Shown one piece after another: positions 14,991 to 27,252 of a DNA stretch of 39,951 nucleotides (within the stretch, counting starts at the first letter, position 1; the number at the start of each line of letters is the position of its first letter). The DNA comes from Chiloscyllium plagiosum (taxonomy: Eukaryota). The notes under the pieces are model-generated. The model had not been told where the DNA came from. It ran no database searches and saw only the letters and a list, made by a program, of their open reading frames with translations. The stretch covers positions 1,260,906 to 1,300,856 of the forward strand of contig NW_025215381.1 in assembly GCF_004010195.1 (NCBI RefSeq). Reading direction: 5' to 3'. The position numbers were made by a program, and so were the translations under genes.

Positions 14991-17353
14991 AATTTCATTG
15001 CTCATGCAGTTTGATATATGTAACTGTTGCAAAGTTTCAGCTGTTTAAGTGTATCAACTTGTTTAAATTGCTTGTTATGCTAGTGTATTTTCCATTCACC
15101 ATTATTCATCTGTGTTGACAGGGGCAGGAAATTGGTGCTTTCAGTCAACTTATTTGTCCGTAGTAAGTCTTCCACCTCCTTATTCTCAGTCTGGACCGAG
15201 TATCCATCACTGAAAGCTAAGCTGGAGATTCACTAGGTTTTCCCAGTCTGAGCACAGCCTTACCATTGCTTCAGAAGACTCTCTTGATGGTCTTTGATGT
15301 GGCCCAGGGTCAATGTGAATCACCCGCTCATCATATCAGTAGGCATTAGGAAGTGGCAGCCTGCCAGCAGTGTCCCAGCTATCGTAACAAGAGGAAGCCA
15401 TTCAGCCCTGATGCCTTTTCCAACATTTCATTAAATCATGGCAGATCTGTGCCATGGATCCAAGGTGAATAGATGGAGTTGTTGTCTTGATCCCTTTAGC
15501 CAACAGAACTGTAACCATCTCACATTTGAAATGTGCATTAGCCCCCAGTATGACCAGGCCACCAACTTTATGATCTGTCTAGAGACCAAAGAAACAAATT
15601 CCATGGATTTACGAAGAGAATGAAGGCATAATTTGTGGTTTTGAACAAACAAGACTTTACAAGTTAGAGAAGTATAGAATCTACAATCATTCTCTAACTT
15701 ATTTTCAATGCCCAGAATTAACATGTGAAAATGGTAATCTCGAATGGGTAATATAGGTGTACAGCATGAAAGCAACCCTTCGATCCAACTCCTTCATGCC
15801 AGCCAAGTTATGATCTACCCCTTATCCTTAGTAGTAATTTAACAGGAAAACCCATCTCCTAATTCATATGGCAAAATAGCCCACCTTGCACATCAAATAG
15901 TAAATGTAATCAAGACCAATGCCACAACAACATCCCCTGTCCCACTTCCAGACATTAATGGCATCAAATCTCATTAAATTTCAAGGGATTACAATTTTCT
16001 CTTTTTTATCTGCCTTGAAACCCCCTTTCAAAAACTACAACTTCTGCTGTGGTCAGCTGCTGTCCTTTCTTGGGTCCATGCATACCTGGACTCTGAAACA
16101 TGTAATTGAGTACTTATCCAGAGTCACAGTTCCAGCTTTTGCCAGCAGCTGACTTCACCAGGCCAGATCTAACCTTGTGTTTGCACTAGTTCATGCACTA
16201 TCCTCTTGCTCAGCTCTATCAAACAAACACTGCTTATGGCTTTTCAACCTCCACTCTCCAGCTGTACTGACCCATTCAGGTATCCAATCTCTTGTGTGCT
16301 TAGCCCTGACTGCAACACCTAACTGACTAATAACTGCTAGAACTTTGGCCAGAGTTCTAACAGCACAGCATTATCAAGCTGTTCTTGGAACTTGACTCAC
16401 TAGCCTGTATAGGTCAATTGCCTTCTCTGCAGTATAGCTTAAAAAATCATCACTTCTAAAATTGGATCTATTCAGTCTCTTAGACTTTCTGATCTTTAGT
16501 ATCTGTATCTCTAATCTTTTGAACTGTTGAGTGTAAATCTTGCAATGGGCCCCTCTTCTGATGCTGGGCAGAATTGAATGTTAATGTTGCTATCTAACAA
16601 AATTTAGAAATGGCTGGCTTGCTCTGCATATTAAATAAATATAGGTTTCCTCACACCACCTACAACTCTGGTTTCAACAGTGTTTAATGGTATAATGTTC
16701 TAGGTTTCCACATCCTCTGCCCAGTAAGGAAATGCATCCTGAAGTTGCCTCAGTTTTGGACCCCACCTCCAGAGAAAATAGCTCCACTTGTCAAATCCTT
16801 TCATCCGATTAGTGTGTTTTAAAATGATTAAAGTATACAGATTCAACCTGTGCAACTCCTTTTATAATTACACCGGTGTAGGTTTACCAGAGAAACAGCA
16901 GGTCAAGATGGCAGCTTATCACCACCATCTCGATGACCATTGAAGATTGGGAATAAACAGTGACCCGCCAGCAGTGCTGTCACATTTCATGAAAGCATTT
17001 GTTTTTCTAAAAAAAAAAGCTGTACTCACAATTTTAAGACTAAGTTCCTTTATAATTTTTCTGAATCTATTTTCCTCCATCTCCTCCAAGGTTGATGCCC
17101 TTCTAGCTGAGGTAGGCGGGCCCAGAACTGAACTCAGTTGGAGATTAACTAGAACTGTTGAAGGACAGGGAATCACATTTACATAGCCGGCTTTAAAGTA
17201 AGAATGTGGAAGCTCGTGAGAATATTTGGGTGGTTGGTGCAATTGGAAATTATCTGCTGGAGAATACCAGCAGTTCTTCAGAAATGTCCTGTCAATCAGA
17301 TATGATTAGTTACAGCTTGAATGATCTGTCTTTTTCCCCTCTCTCTTTTTCAG

Positions 17354-17457
17354 CATCCAACGGCCCTTCTGTCTTAGAGAAAAAAGAAAGCAGCAAGGAC
17401 GGAGTGAATTTGGAAAAGAAAGAAAAGACCGGGGAAATAATATGCATAGATGACTGA
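17354..17457 (+). CDS. CHD3: CHD3 terminal coding exon
   Basis: ctctctttttcag| acceptor, phase 1. Encodes ASNGPSVLEKKESSKDGVNLEKKEKTGEIICIDD*, matching the CHD3 C-terminus (ATNGPPVLVKKE...GEVICIDD*), which distinguishes CHD3 from CHD4 and CHD5. Confidence 0.93.
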
Positions 17458-19689
17458 CCCCTCCAACCCCATTCTTGCTTGTCCCTGCCCTCCATACTGG
17501 TTATGTTTATATTTTGTTTTGAGAGGAAACACAGGCTGATGTGGTTGTTTGTGTGTTTAATGCCCCAGAAGGTGTGTGAGTGAATGGGAGGGTTTATAAC
17601 TTATGAAGATCTCTTCAACACTCCACTTGCTCACCCCTCACCCTCCCAGAGGATGCCATGGTTTGGATTCTGAAATTGGTGGGAACATCACCTGTGTTGA
17701 TGTGCATTGGTGATCTTGGCTCACAGTAGTTTTAGATATTGATGCAAGGCATTATCCTTTTTTTATTTTCTACTCTCCCTCTCCCCCTCTATTGTCATTT
17801 GGGAATTCTGAGAGTGGATAAGCAGGCAAGACTTTAGCTCCAAGTGTCACCCCTAATGCTGGAAGACGTGATGTTATTTGAGCACAGTAGCAATCATGCT
17901 CCTGCCTCAATTTATTAATGAGGACATGTTTAGGCTTTGAGGCTCAACTGAGTTACCGCAAAAACAACAAATTGAAATTAGCTCTTGTACGTTCTGCTCC
18001 AATAACTAGAACCTGCAGTAGAAATATCACCCAGTAAAATATTAGGTGAGAGTTCAGAAATTGTGTGGTGGAATTGTGGCCCTGCAAGTGATGTACTGGG
18101 TTCTTCAGCAGTCGGAAGCCTCCTTGAGACATGTTGTAGGTTGTGTGTTAGATGTGAGAAAAGACTGACTGGGTCATTCTTGTGACATTGTAGGATACAA
18201 TAGCTCTTAAAAGGTCTTGCACCTCTTGATCCTTGTGGGCTGACACCTTATCACTACCAAAACAACCCATTTTCATCAGATACTAAAGAGCTGTATTGTG
18301 TAATTGTATGGTTTGATTTCATTCCTAGATCTCAGCAGGCACACGTTTCCAAAATAGTCTTTCCAGCTTGATTGCTCTATGGTAGACATTTTGGAAGCAA
18401 GGCACCAAACCACTTGGCAATCCCAATGTGTTGCTAAGTGTTAATCTATTTATTTGCTTCCCTGAAAGGAGTGTCAGTAGAGCTGCTTTGAGGAAGGGTG
18501 GATTCTGGGGATTAAAAAGAGCCTAGCTACTGGGAAATTGGCATTCTGCTAAATTTTCTTCCTCGTTACCCGAATGTTTTGTTCATACATCAAGTGTTCT
18601 ATATTGTTTTATCTTAAATATTTTGAAAATAACCTGGAGAAATTGGAGTTTAAAATGGAGAACACTTGGGAATGCACAAAAGGGAAGTCAGCATTGTGAA
18701 AGGAATTATAACATTTTCCAGTAAAGTTTTCAATACAGTGAACCTGGCCAAGTTATTGAGCTCTACTTGCTCTTTCCCATGCTGACTGACTTTGTGCTGC
18801 TTTTTATGTTCAAAAGAGTATGTTAAGCATTAGAGTTTTTTTTGCTGAAATTTCTGCAGCCGCCTCTTGTAATCTGTTCCTTGCTATGAACTGTGTCTCA
18901 TCTCAGCTTTGCACAGTGAGGAGGTTGGAGTGGATGTGCTCAGGAATAAGGGGGTAAATGTGTTTGAAAGGAACAAAAATGCCCAGCTCTTAAGTGAACC
19001 ATCCTGCTTTTCCTGTATCCCTTGTGCAGATCAAGCAGAAGCACAATTTTATTTATCACGTCAAAAGTGCATCCCAGTACTTTATAAAAAGGAAATACCT
19101 ACATGCTTGCTTAAATAGGATACGACTTCTCTGACACCCCCCCCCCCCCCCCCAAAATATTACTGCCTCTTTGGGATAGGTGGATGTACACATTGTTCAT
19201 GTTTCCTGCTCTCTGCTTGGCTTTTAGAGTGTAAACCTGTCTCCATCCCTGGTATGTGACATTGCTACATGGCAGGACATTTTTCCAGCACTCCATCCCT
19301 GAGCTTATGGTCCCTTCCAGTTGATTGGCTGATTCATATGTTGTGGGATAAGGGATGATGGGAATGGGGGATCGGAAGAGATGTTTACCCCAACAGAAGT
19401 GGAGAAGCTTTGGGGGTGGGAGAAGCACAAACTGATGTGCCATCTGCTTTGAGCAGGGATCTTGTGTTCATTGAGCCTCAGGCTCTAGCTGTGAAAATCT
19501 GTGACATGACATCCCATCCCACCTCAACCAGCTCAGCGCCAGTGGCAAGCAGGTGTAGGGGCAAAAACCGCTTCAGAAAGGAAACTTAAATGTATACTTT
19601 AAATTATGTCTGCGTAATAATCTGTTGCAGCTGACATCTATTATTACTTAATATCCTTTGTTTTAAAAGAATATTTTGAAGAATTTTTC

Positions 19690-19695
19690 ATTAAA
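19690..19695 (+). promoter_or_regulatory. Candidate proximal poly(A) signal ATTAAA
   Basis: ATTAAA followed by U/GU-rich sequence (gtttttttgttacatgtttg...ctgttgtatgtt). Confidence 0.45.
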
Positions 19696-20180
19696 GTTTT
19701 TTTGTTACATGTTTGATATTGCCACTGTTGTATGTTCCTGAATTGTCAGTAGCCATGTGGTCCTTGCATCGATCAGGTATATGCTTTATTCCCCTCCACC
19801 CTATTGGCCAGTGAGTTGCATAGGGCTCAAAGGGTAAAACTGTAGGCAAGACACAACGTGCAGTTAATAGATATCTGTCTCCATCTTGGACTACCTCCAA
19901 ACATTTGGTTACTTATGATAGCAAAATGGATGGCAATTCTTTTGTACACAACAAGATGACACTCCAAAGACTCCTGAACAACATTGCTGGAGGGGATGGA
20001 GTTATGGAATGTTGCTGTGCCAGAGGTGCCATCTTTTTTGATGAAATTAAACCATTTGCCCCTTCAGTGGATATGAAAGGTATCATGGTAACTCTTTCTT
20101 TCAAAGCAGAACAAGGGAGCTCTCCCTGGAGAAACTGGAAAGTGTTTGAAAGTATCCTGTGTTATGAAACCTGGTATGAA

Positions 20181-20186
20181 AATAAA
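20181..20186 (+). promoter_or_regulatory. Candidate distal poly(A) signal AATAAA
   Basis: AATAAA near the end of the TE-free block, with U/GU-rich sequence downstream. Confidence 0.5.
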
Positions 20187-20729
20187 TATGCTTTCTTTGC
20201 AGTTGCTGGTCAAAGAGTCTAGTCTGATGGTGGGCGGGGCAGTTAATTGCACAATGTTATACCAGCACCAGCCGCTTTGTACTTTTTTCCTTTCACTTCT
20301 CAGGCTGAATTCTGAGCACCACTTCCTGTTTTTCTGTCTTTTTTTTACTAACTGAGAGATTTGGTTTTAATATAAGACACATTCAGCTCCTCTGTGTGAA
20401 ACCCAGGAAGTGGAAGAAATCAGTCAGGCCGTTCTACCTGTTTCACTATTCAGGTAGATCATGGCTGATCTGTACCTTTTTGAAATCTATTTTTCTTGGT
20501 CTCTCCAACCTTAGTACTCTTAATCTAACAATCCATTGATCACTTCTACAGTTTCCAATTGACCTCTGGCCTCTAACTTTTTTTTTTCTGTTTTAGATCT
20601 ATTTTCCCACTAAACCCCTGTCTCCATGTGAAGGTGCATCCTGATGTCACTTCTATTTAGACTATCTAATTTTCAAGTTTGATCCTCTCACTCTGAGATC
20701 ACCCTCCAGAAGGTTTCCTCTGATTTCAA

Positions 20730-20968
20730 CAGGACCTGGATCAAATGGGCCAATGGGCTGATAATTAGCAGATGGAGTTTAATTCAGATAAATGTGAGGT
20801 GCTGCATTTTGGGAAACCAAATCTTTGCAGGACTTATACACTTAATGGTAAGGTCCTAGGGAGTGTTCCCTTGGAGTGCAGGTTCATAGCTCCTTGAAAG
20901 TGGAGTCGCAGGTAGATAGGATAGTGAAGGTGGCGTTTGGTATGCTTTCCTTTATTGGTCAGAGTATG
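20730..20968 (+). mobile_element. CR1-type LINE internal fragment
   Basis: QMEFNSDKCEVLHFG and GVQVHSSLKVESQVDRIVK motifs. Confidence 0.8.
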
Positions 20969-22111
20969 ACCGAGGCCGTGGGTCCCCAGCACTTCCGTCA
21001 AACCACCAGTATGTGAAATAGCTATTGAATCATTTAATGATCTTAAAAACTCTCACAATTGGATCAACACTTTATGCTGTTGAGGGAATACAGGACTAAT
21101 ATATGTGCAAAAAGCCAAAAGAACTACAGATGCTGGAAAATCTCAGCAGGTTAACATTTTGGGTCTAATGACCCTTCAGAACTGATGGTAGCTGGGAAAA
21201 TGATGCTTTCTAATAATGTCTAGTGTATTTCAACTGGAGGTATCGGCCAATGTTGCAACATGTGAATCTGTCACTCATTAAAAGATGTCAGAAAACTGGT
21301 CCAAGAGATCACTTGACATCTGAAAAGGTAATTCACTGTTTCTCTTTGAGACCTGTTGGACTTGCTGTGTATTTCCACTTTATTAAGGTGTATTACATAG
21401 AATTAGCATTACAGAAGGACATCTGGCCCATCTGTTTTGCACTGCTGTTTCCGCTCCCCTCAATCCTTCTCCCATCACTCCTCTTCTCACCTTGCTTTAT
21501 CTTTCTATTCCTTTTGTCCCTTGTGTTTCAATGTATTGATACTATTCATCTTGAGCATTGTCTATGAGAGAAATTTCCATGTTCTTCCTAGTCTCTGGAT
21601 GGAACACTCCTTCGTACCAATAATTTGAGAGTCCTATTAAAGGGACTGGCAACAGCCAGCAAAAGCTTGTTCCAAGACTGGTTTTACTGAGCATCCACCA
21701 GAGGCAAGAGTAATAGTTCTGGAGCTTGGAATGAATTAAGAGTTTTTTGGGGGGCTCCTTGCCTTTTTGCTTCTGTTTCACCCCAGCCTCTGCTTTTTCA
21801 AACTTGGCTTTAATATCTCAAAAATCTGAATGCCAAAATAGAATTAATGCTTTTTAGATATACAGTTGCAAGAATGTTGACCGGAAGCATTCAGGTGAAC
21901 AAATCACAGGTAGTGACTGTAAAGGAGGCTATTGCACTTGAACAGAGGCTGCATGTTATAAAGTGTTTTCAGTATAACGAAGAGCATAGAATATTCTGTG
22001 CAAGAGGAATAAAGGAGTCTACACTATGCACAATTAGAGACAATACAGAAAGAATTAAAGCAAGCTGCATTGCTGGAACAAAGCTAAGTGCTCACAAGTT
22101 TGAGATCACAA

Positions 22112-22207
22112 ACAAAGCTAGTGTTTCCAAATAAACCTGTTGGACTATAACCTGGTGTGTGATTTTTAACTGTGTGCAACCCAATCCAACACCAGCATCT
22201 CCAAATC
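22112..22207 (+). mobile_element. Penelope-like family B fragment (core truncated)
   Basis: aaagctagtgtttccaaataaacctgttggactataacctggtg...ctccaaatc. Confidence 0.75.
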
Positions 22208-22313
22208 AAAGGAATTTGAGATAGTGCAGCTTCTAAATGTGTGAATAGAAGATCAATCAAGAAAGCAATTTGGGAACCACCTTTTTCACCATAAAACAAA
22301 GCCTTATCAATTT

Positions 22314-22496
22314 ATGAATCCTACAACACCAGGTTATAGTCCAGCAGGTTTAATTGGAAGCACACTAGCTTTCGGAACGCCGCTCCTTCATCAGCACTCC
22401 AAAAGCTAGTGTGCCTCCAATTAAACCTGTTGGACTATAACTTGGTGTTGTGATTCTTAACTTTGTACACCTCAGTCCAACAATGGTATCTCCAAA
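22314..22496. mobile_element. Penelope-like family B inverted-pair insertion, 10-bp TSD
   Basis: TTATCAATTT at 22304-22313 and 22497-22506; inverted arms; minus-strand hammerhead core at 22363-22394. Confidence 0.8.
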
Positions 22497-23063
22497 TTAT
22501 CAATTTGAGGGCCTAAGGAAAAAAGCTGAAAATCCTGCAGATCTACCTGCCTTCAGTGGTAGGAGTGACTAATTTGCTGGATTTAAGAACCACTATGCTT
22601 CACATAATGTAAAGTTTTGTGGAGAAGCTGCCAGTACAGGCAAGGAAAAAGTTGTTCTGAGGAGGAAGGATGCACCTTAGATCAAATCTTCAATTTGGGC
22701 GAGACAAGTTTTATATTGGAAGCGAATGCCACCCAGAACCTATGTTTTGAAGAATGAGTGCACACTGGAGGTTTTAAGGTGGCAAAGGATCATATGACTG
22801 TTGGGTGGCAATGCTAATGGAGACTTGAAGCTTAAGCCTTGTGGCTAACCACTGTGCCAACCTGCGAGCCTTAAGTCCACTCTAGGTGTTTACTTCAGGT
22901 CAAGCAAAAGAGATTGGATGATGGGGCAAATGTTTTCTGACCTTACTGATGATGTTTTCAAGGATGTTTTTAGAAATTATTACAGGAGGAAAAAAATGTT
23001 TTGGATTTCAAGATTCTCCTCATTCTAGACAATGCACCAAGTCATCCTCCCACTATTGGTGAA

Positions 23064-23250
23064 GAATAGAATAGAACCTCTACAGTGTGGAAACAGGCCA
23101 TTTGGCCCAACAAGCCCACACTGACCCTCAGGAACCCACCCAGATCCATTCCCCTACATTTACCCCTGACTAATGCACCTAACCTGCACATCTTTGGATT
23201 GTAGGGGGAAACCAGAGCACCTGGGGGAAACCCATGCAGACACTGAGAGA
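23064..23250 (-). mobile_element. HE1-type SINE fragment inside the Tigger fossil
   Basis: Reverse complement of the HE1 body and tail. Confidence 0.85.
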
Positions 23251-23409
23251 ATGAGCTTTCTGAAAACATAGAGGTGATATTTCTACCTCCAAACCCAACC
23301 TCTCTCATTGTACCCTGGTCCATGGGTTGAATAGCAGCTTATAAAGTTTATTATTTAAGGCGCACGTTCAGGTAACTGATTGCAGCTACTGAAGGGGATA
23401 ATGACCATG

Positions 23410-24420
23410 GGAAAGACCGAAGCTCCAGTACAGATGTGAGCATAGATACCTTTTGATTCCTTCTCACTTTATGTTCCAAAGCATGTAACCTGGTCTTGTG
23501 AACTCTGTAACCCAGATAGGTCCCTTGGAGTGCCTAGAACACACATTTCTCCTTCTTAAGGTGAATACCAGCCTTGGAGAAACATTTAAGCACGCTCTTT
23601 GTTGGTCTTCTTGATTATTAGCATGTCATCCAGATAAACAGCAACCTGAAGTAGACTTTGTTAAATATTCTCTATTGTCAGCTAGAAAATGGTACAGGCT
23701 GATAATACCCCAAAAGGCACTCTCGTATATGGGTCAAATCCTTATGATATTGTAGCATACTTCTGGAAGTCCTCATCTAATTGTACGTATGCACAACTCA
23801 TGTCCAGCTTTGTGAAGGACAGTGTTGTTCTCTTTCCCACAATCTTTCCTTCTTCTCTTTCCCCCCCCCCCCATAACTGATTGGGTATTAATCCAGCTAC
23901 AAAATTTGGTTTACCATTACTGAAGAAGGGCTTATGCCTGAAATGTTGATTCTCCTGCTCCTTTGATGCTGCCTGACCTGCTGCGCTTTTCCAGCAACAC
24001 ATTTTTAAGCATTTATTTGAAATTCCCACAAAAGTGAACCAACCGTTCTAGCTACGCAATCGGTATGATTATGCTGCCTGTTCCACATAGTTTCATGATT
24101 CTAGCCGCCTGATTTCTGCCTCTGTTTGCACATAAGGCAAATGGCACCAGCGGACTTGCTTAATCAACATATCAGATGGATTTGGCCAGTTTGGTCGCTA
24201 GATGTACCTTTACAGGTACTTGGTTAGGCCTTCATCCATGTACCTATTTTCTAATGAAAATGATGTGCCAACTAAGTTGAATCTTTCTCAACCAATTTTG
24301 CCCCACCAACCTTGAGCCTGAGCCTTTTACTATGTTAAATGAACCAACTGTTTCTCATAAGTGGAACGGAGGTTGTACCCTTAAAATGTTGGGGTTCCCT
24401 GGTATAGGTTAGAACAGTAG
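23410..24420 (-). mobile_element. Gypsy/Ty3 LTR retrotransposon pol remnant (RT)
   Basis: Minus strand FTKLDMSCAYVQLDEDFQKYATI, YTRVPFGVLSAC and VAVYLDDMLI (YLDD catalytic motif); LVGQNWLRKIQL upstream. Confidence 0.88.
23915..24010 (+). mobile_element. Penelope-like family A fragment inside the Gypsy pol
   Basis: CTGAAGA-A-GGGC-ttat-GCCT-GAAA-TG-TT followed by gatgctgcctgacctgctg...ccagcaacaca. Confidence 0.78.
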
Positions 24421-24534
24421 AACAGCATCCCTCTGTTCTTTGCATAGACATGTGACTGCAGCAAATCGAAGTATAGTGAAAACCTTTGTTTTGTGTGTAG
24501 TGTAGGCAGATCATAGAAAACAAGAAAATACCGA

Positions 24535-26243
24535 TCATAGGGTGCTTAGAGCAAGGCTTACAAGGTTATGGCTTATCCAAAAGACCCTTAAACCTCCTAT
24601 CGTATCTGCCTCTACCACCACCCCTGCAGCACATTCCAGACCACTACCACTCTGCAAAGAAAAAAAAACACTTACCCTTCACTTCTCCTTTTGAACATTT
24701 CCCCCTCTCCTTAAATGCATGCCTCCTTCTATTAGACATTTCAACTCAGAGTTGACTGTCGGACTCTTTCTGCCCAATCTATGCATCTCATAATTGTATA
24801 TACTTCTTTCAGTTCTCCTGTCAGCTTATGCCACTCCAGAGAAAACAATCCAAGTTTTTCTAGCCTCTCATTATAGCTCATATCTCTTATCCAGGCAGCA
24901 TCCTGGTAAGCCACTTTTATTTGCACCCTCTCCAAACGCTCCTTCCTCTTATGGGGCGACCAGAATTGAATGCAATACTTTAAGTGCAGCCCGACAAAAG
25001 TCTTATAAAGCTGCAACATGAGAGCCTGGCTCTTGTACTTAATGCCCTGACCAATAAAGGTAAGCATGCCACATGGCTTCTTTACCACCCTATCTACTTG
25101 TGTGGGTAGTTTCAGGGAGCTATGGCCTTGAACCCCAAGATCCATCTGTACATCAATGCTGTTCAGGGTCCTGCCATTTGATGTATACTTTTCCTTAAAT
25201 TTGATCTCCCAAAGTGCAGTATCTGACACTTGCTCAGATGAAACTCCACCTGCTATTTCTCTGCAGCTGATCTAGAACAAAGAACAATACAGCTGAGGGA
25301 CAGGTCCTTCTGCCTTCCAAGCCTGCACGGACACACTTTGCCCTTCTGTATTAAAACGGTCTTCACTTACAGGATCCGTATCCCTCCCTTCCCTTCCTAT
25401 TCATGTATTTGTCCAGGTGCTTCTTGAATGCTGCTATTGTGTTTGCTTGCACCACCTCCTCTGCTAGCATATTCCAGGCATTCGCTACCCTTTGTATGAA
25501 AAACTTGCCTCGTGCATCTCTTTTAAATGTTCCCCCACCCCCATGCGCACACTTTGAACTGTGTTCCCTGGTAATTGACCTCTCCACCCTAGTAAAAAAA
25601 ATCCTATTATTTTCCACTCTATCAATGCCATTCACAGTCTTATAAACTTACACCAGGTTACCCCTTAACCTCCTGCATTCCAATGCAGCAAACCCAGTCT
25701 ATCCAACTTTCTTCTTATGTAAAATCCCCCATACCAGGCAATATCCTGGTTATCTTTTCTTTACCCTCTCCAAAGCATCCACCAGCTTCTGGTAGTATGG
25801 TAGGAGAAAGTAAGGACTGGAGATCGGAGCTGAAAATGTGTTGCTGGAAGCTGCCTGAAACGTCGATTCTCCTTCTCCCTGGATGCTACCTGACCTGCTG
25901 CGCTTTTCCAGCAACACATTTTCAGCTCTTGGTAGTATGGTGACCAGAACTGTATGCAATATTCCAAGTGTGGCCTAACTAAAGTTCTATAAAGCTACAG
26001 CATAACTTGTCTGTCCTTATACTTAATGCCTCTTCCAATGAAGACAAGCATGCTACAAGCCTTTATTTTACTACTTTATTTGACTACTTTATTTGCACTG
26101 CCACCTTCAATGATCTGTGGATCTGCACACTAAGATCCCTTTGTATATCAATACTCCAAAAGGTTCTGCCATCCACTGTGTAACTCCCACCTGGATTTGA
26201 CCTTCTAAAACACATCACCACACCTCTGTCTGGATTAAACTCG
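24535..26243 (-). mobile_element. Two adjacent or nested CR1-type LINE 3' fragments splitting the Gypsy element
   Basis: Minus ORF remnants DLGVQGHSSLKLPTQVDRVVKK..LYKTFVGLHLKYCIQFWSP and AFKKHLDKYMNRKG. Confidence 0.88.
25802..25929. mobile_element. Penelope-like family A inverted-pair insertion, 12-bp TSD
   Basis: TGGTAGTATGGT at 25790-25801 and 25930-25941; gagctgaaaatgtgttgctggaa inverted against ttccagcaacacattttcagctc. Confidence 0.8.
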
Positions 26244-27132
26244 AGGTTAAATTTTAGGTTGTCAGTCTGGTGAAGTCTTGCGTAAACATAAGAGTTTAAA
26301 TTCAGGGCAAATTTTGGTCAAGACTGGTTCCACGATCACCGACAACCAAACTGGTATCGACCTCTATTAGAATTGTGCCCATTTAAACATCTGTTTATCT
26401 TGATTAGTTCTGATCTGGATGTCGTGAAGGAATTTAACTGTTCCAAGCCAGTTAGAGGTGGATATTCTATGGTGTGTGCTCTTGGATACTGACCTGTGAG
26501 TTCTCTTATTCAATTCAGGCCTACTGGGACTCTTTTGCTGTCTCAAGCCTGCATAGTGATAGCAGCTACGATAGTTTGCTGACCTGGATGCTCAAAAACA
26601 TTTTACCCATTTGGCAGAGGCTTGGTTTTGTTGTGGGCTGACCTAGAGTCCCTCTGTGCAGAATGTGCCCTGAGTGAGGCTATGCAATTATCTTTACTCT
26701 CCCTAAGCCCAGTTGGCCTGGCGAGGGTGTCCAATCCCATCAGTTTACTCCGTTGCAGTGCCTGTTGGACTTCAGCTCGTTGGTGCTTTTGCATGACGAA
26801 TTCCACGTAACCAAAGGTCTCTCAGCATCTCACTTAGGATTAAACCAAAATCACATGTCTCTGCCCATCATCTTCATATTGTTAGGCTCCTGATAACTCG
26901 AGCTGTGCATGCATAAGCTGTCAGGCGAATTACTCCTTGCTTTCTGTCTGTTCCGGTGCCATGAGCCTGGAAAAAATAAAGCATTCTTTCCACGTACTGG
27001 GCCCAGACTTGGCAGGATCGAACTGGTTAAGCTTCCCAAATAGCAGCATGATGCAAGAAATGCTTACTCCAACTCAGAGACTACTGTTGCGAGCGAATCT
27101 CTTCAGGGGTGTGTTTTTCCTCTCCCTACTGC
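26244..27132 (-). mobile_element. Gypsy gag/protease remnant and leader
   Basis: ATG at 27049 gives MLLFGKLNQFDPA..WAQYVERMLYFFQAHG; protease-like IEVDTS near 26370. Confidence 0.8.
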
Positions 27133-27252
27133 TGAAATAACTCCACAAAGGCCAATATCCCATCACTAGGTAACCCTTTATTTAATCCGCCTAGTACAGG
27201 ACACTGACCCAGCTAACTCAGAGCCTGCTCCCAGAGTGAACACAACTCTTGA
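27133..27252 (-). mobile_element. Gypsy 5' LTR, 3' part
   Basis: Minus strand ...aaataaagggttacctagtgatgggatattggcctttgtggagttatttCA directly abuts the gag leader. Confidence 0.65.

Larger units (their letters stand above)
17458..20210 (+). other. CHD3: Probable CHD3 3' UTR
   Basis: Follows the stop codon, lacks recognisable TEs unlike the flanks, and ends near candidate poly(A) signals. The end point is inferred. Confidence 0.6.
21880..23400 (+). mobile_element. Tigger/pogo-family DNA transposase fossil (HTH-psq, CENPB-type HTH, DDE), interrupted by three insertions
   Basis: KEAIALEQRLHVIK...ESTLCTIRDNTERIK; FAGFKNHYASHNVKFCGEAAS; DQIFNLGETS.YWKRMPPRTY; GFKVAKD..LGGNANGDLKLKP; KILLILDNAPSHP; IEVIFLPPNPTSL; AYKVYYLRRTF. 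Contains stops and frameshifts. Confidence 0.9.

Noticed and set aside
21880..23400. Domesticated TIGD/CENPB-like gene
   Set aside because: Multiple stops, frameshifts, three insertions and a mutated catalytic motif (GET for DET).
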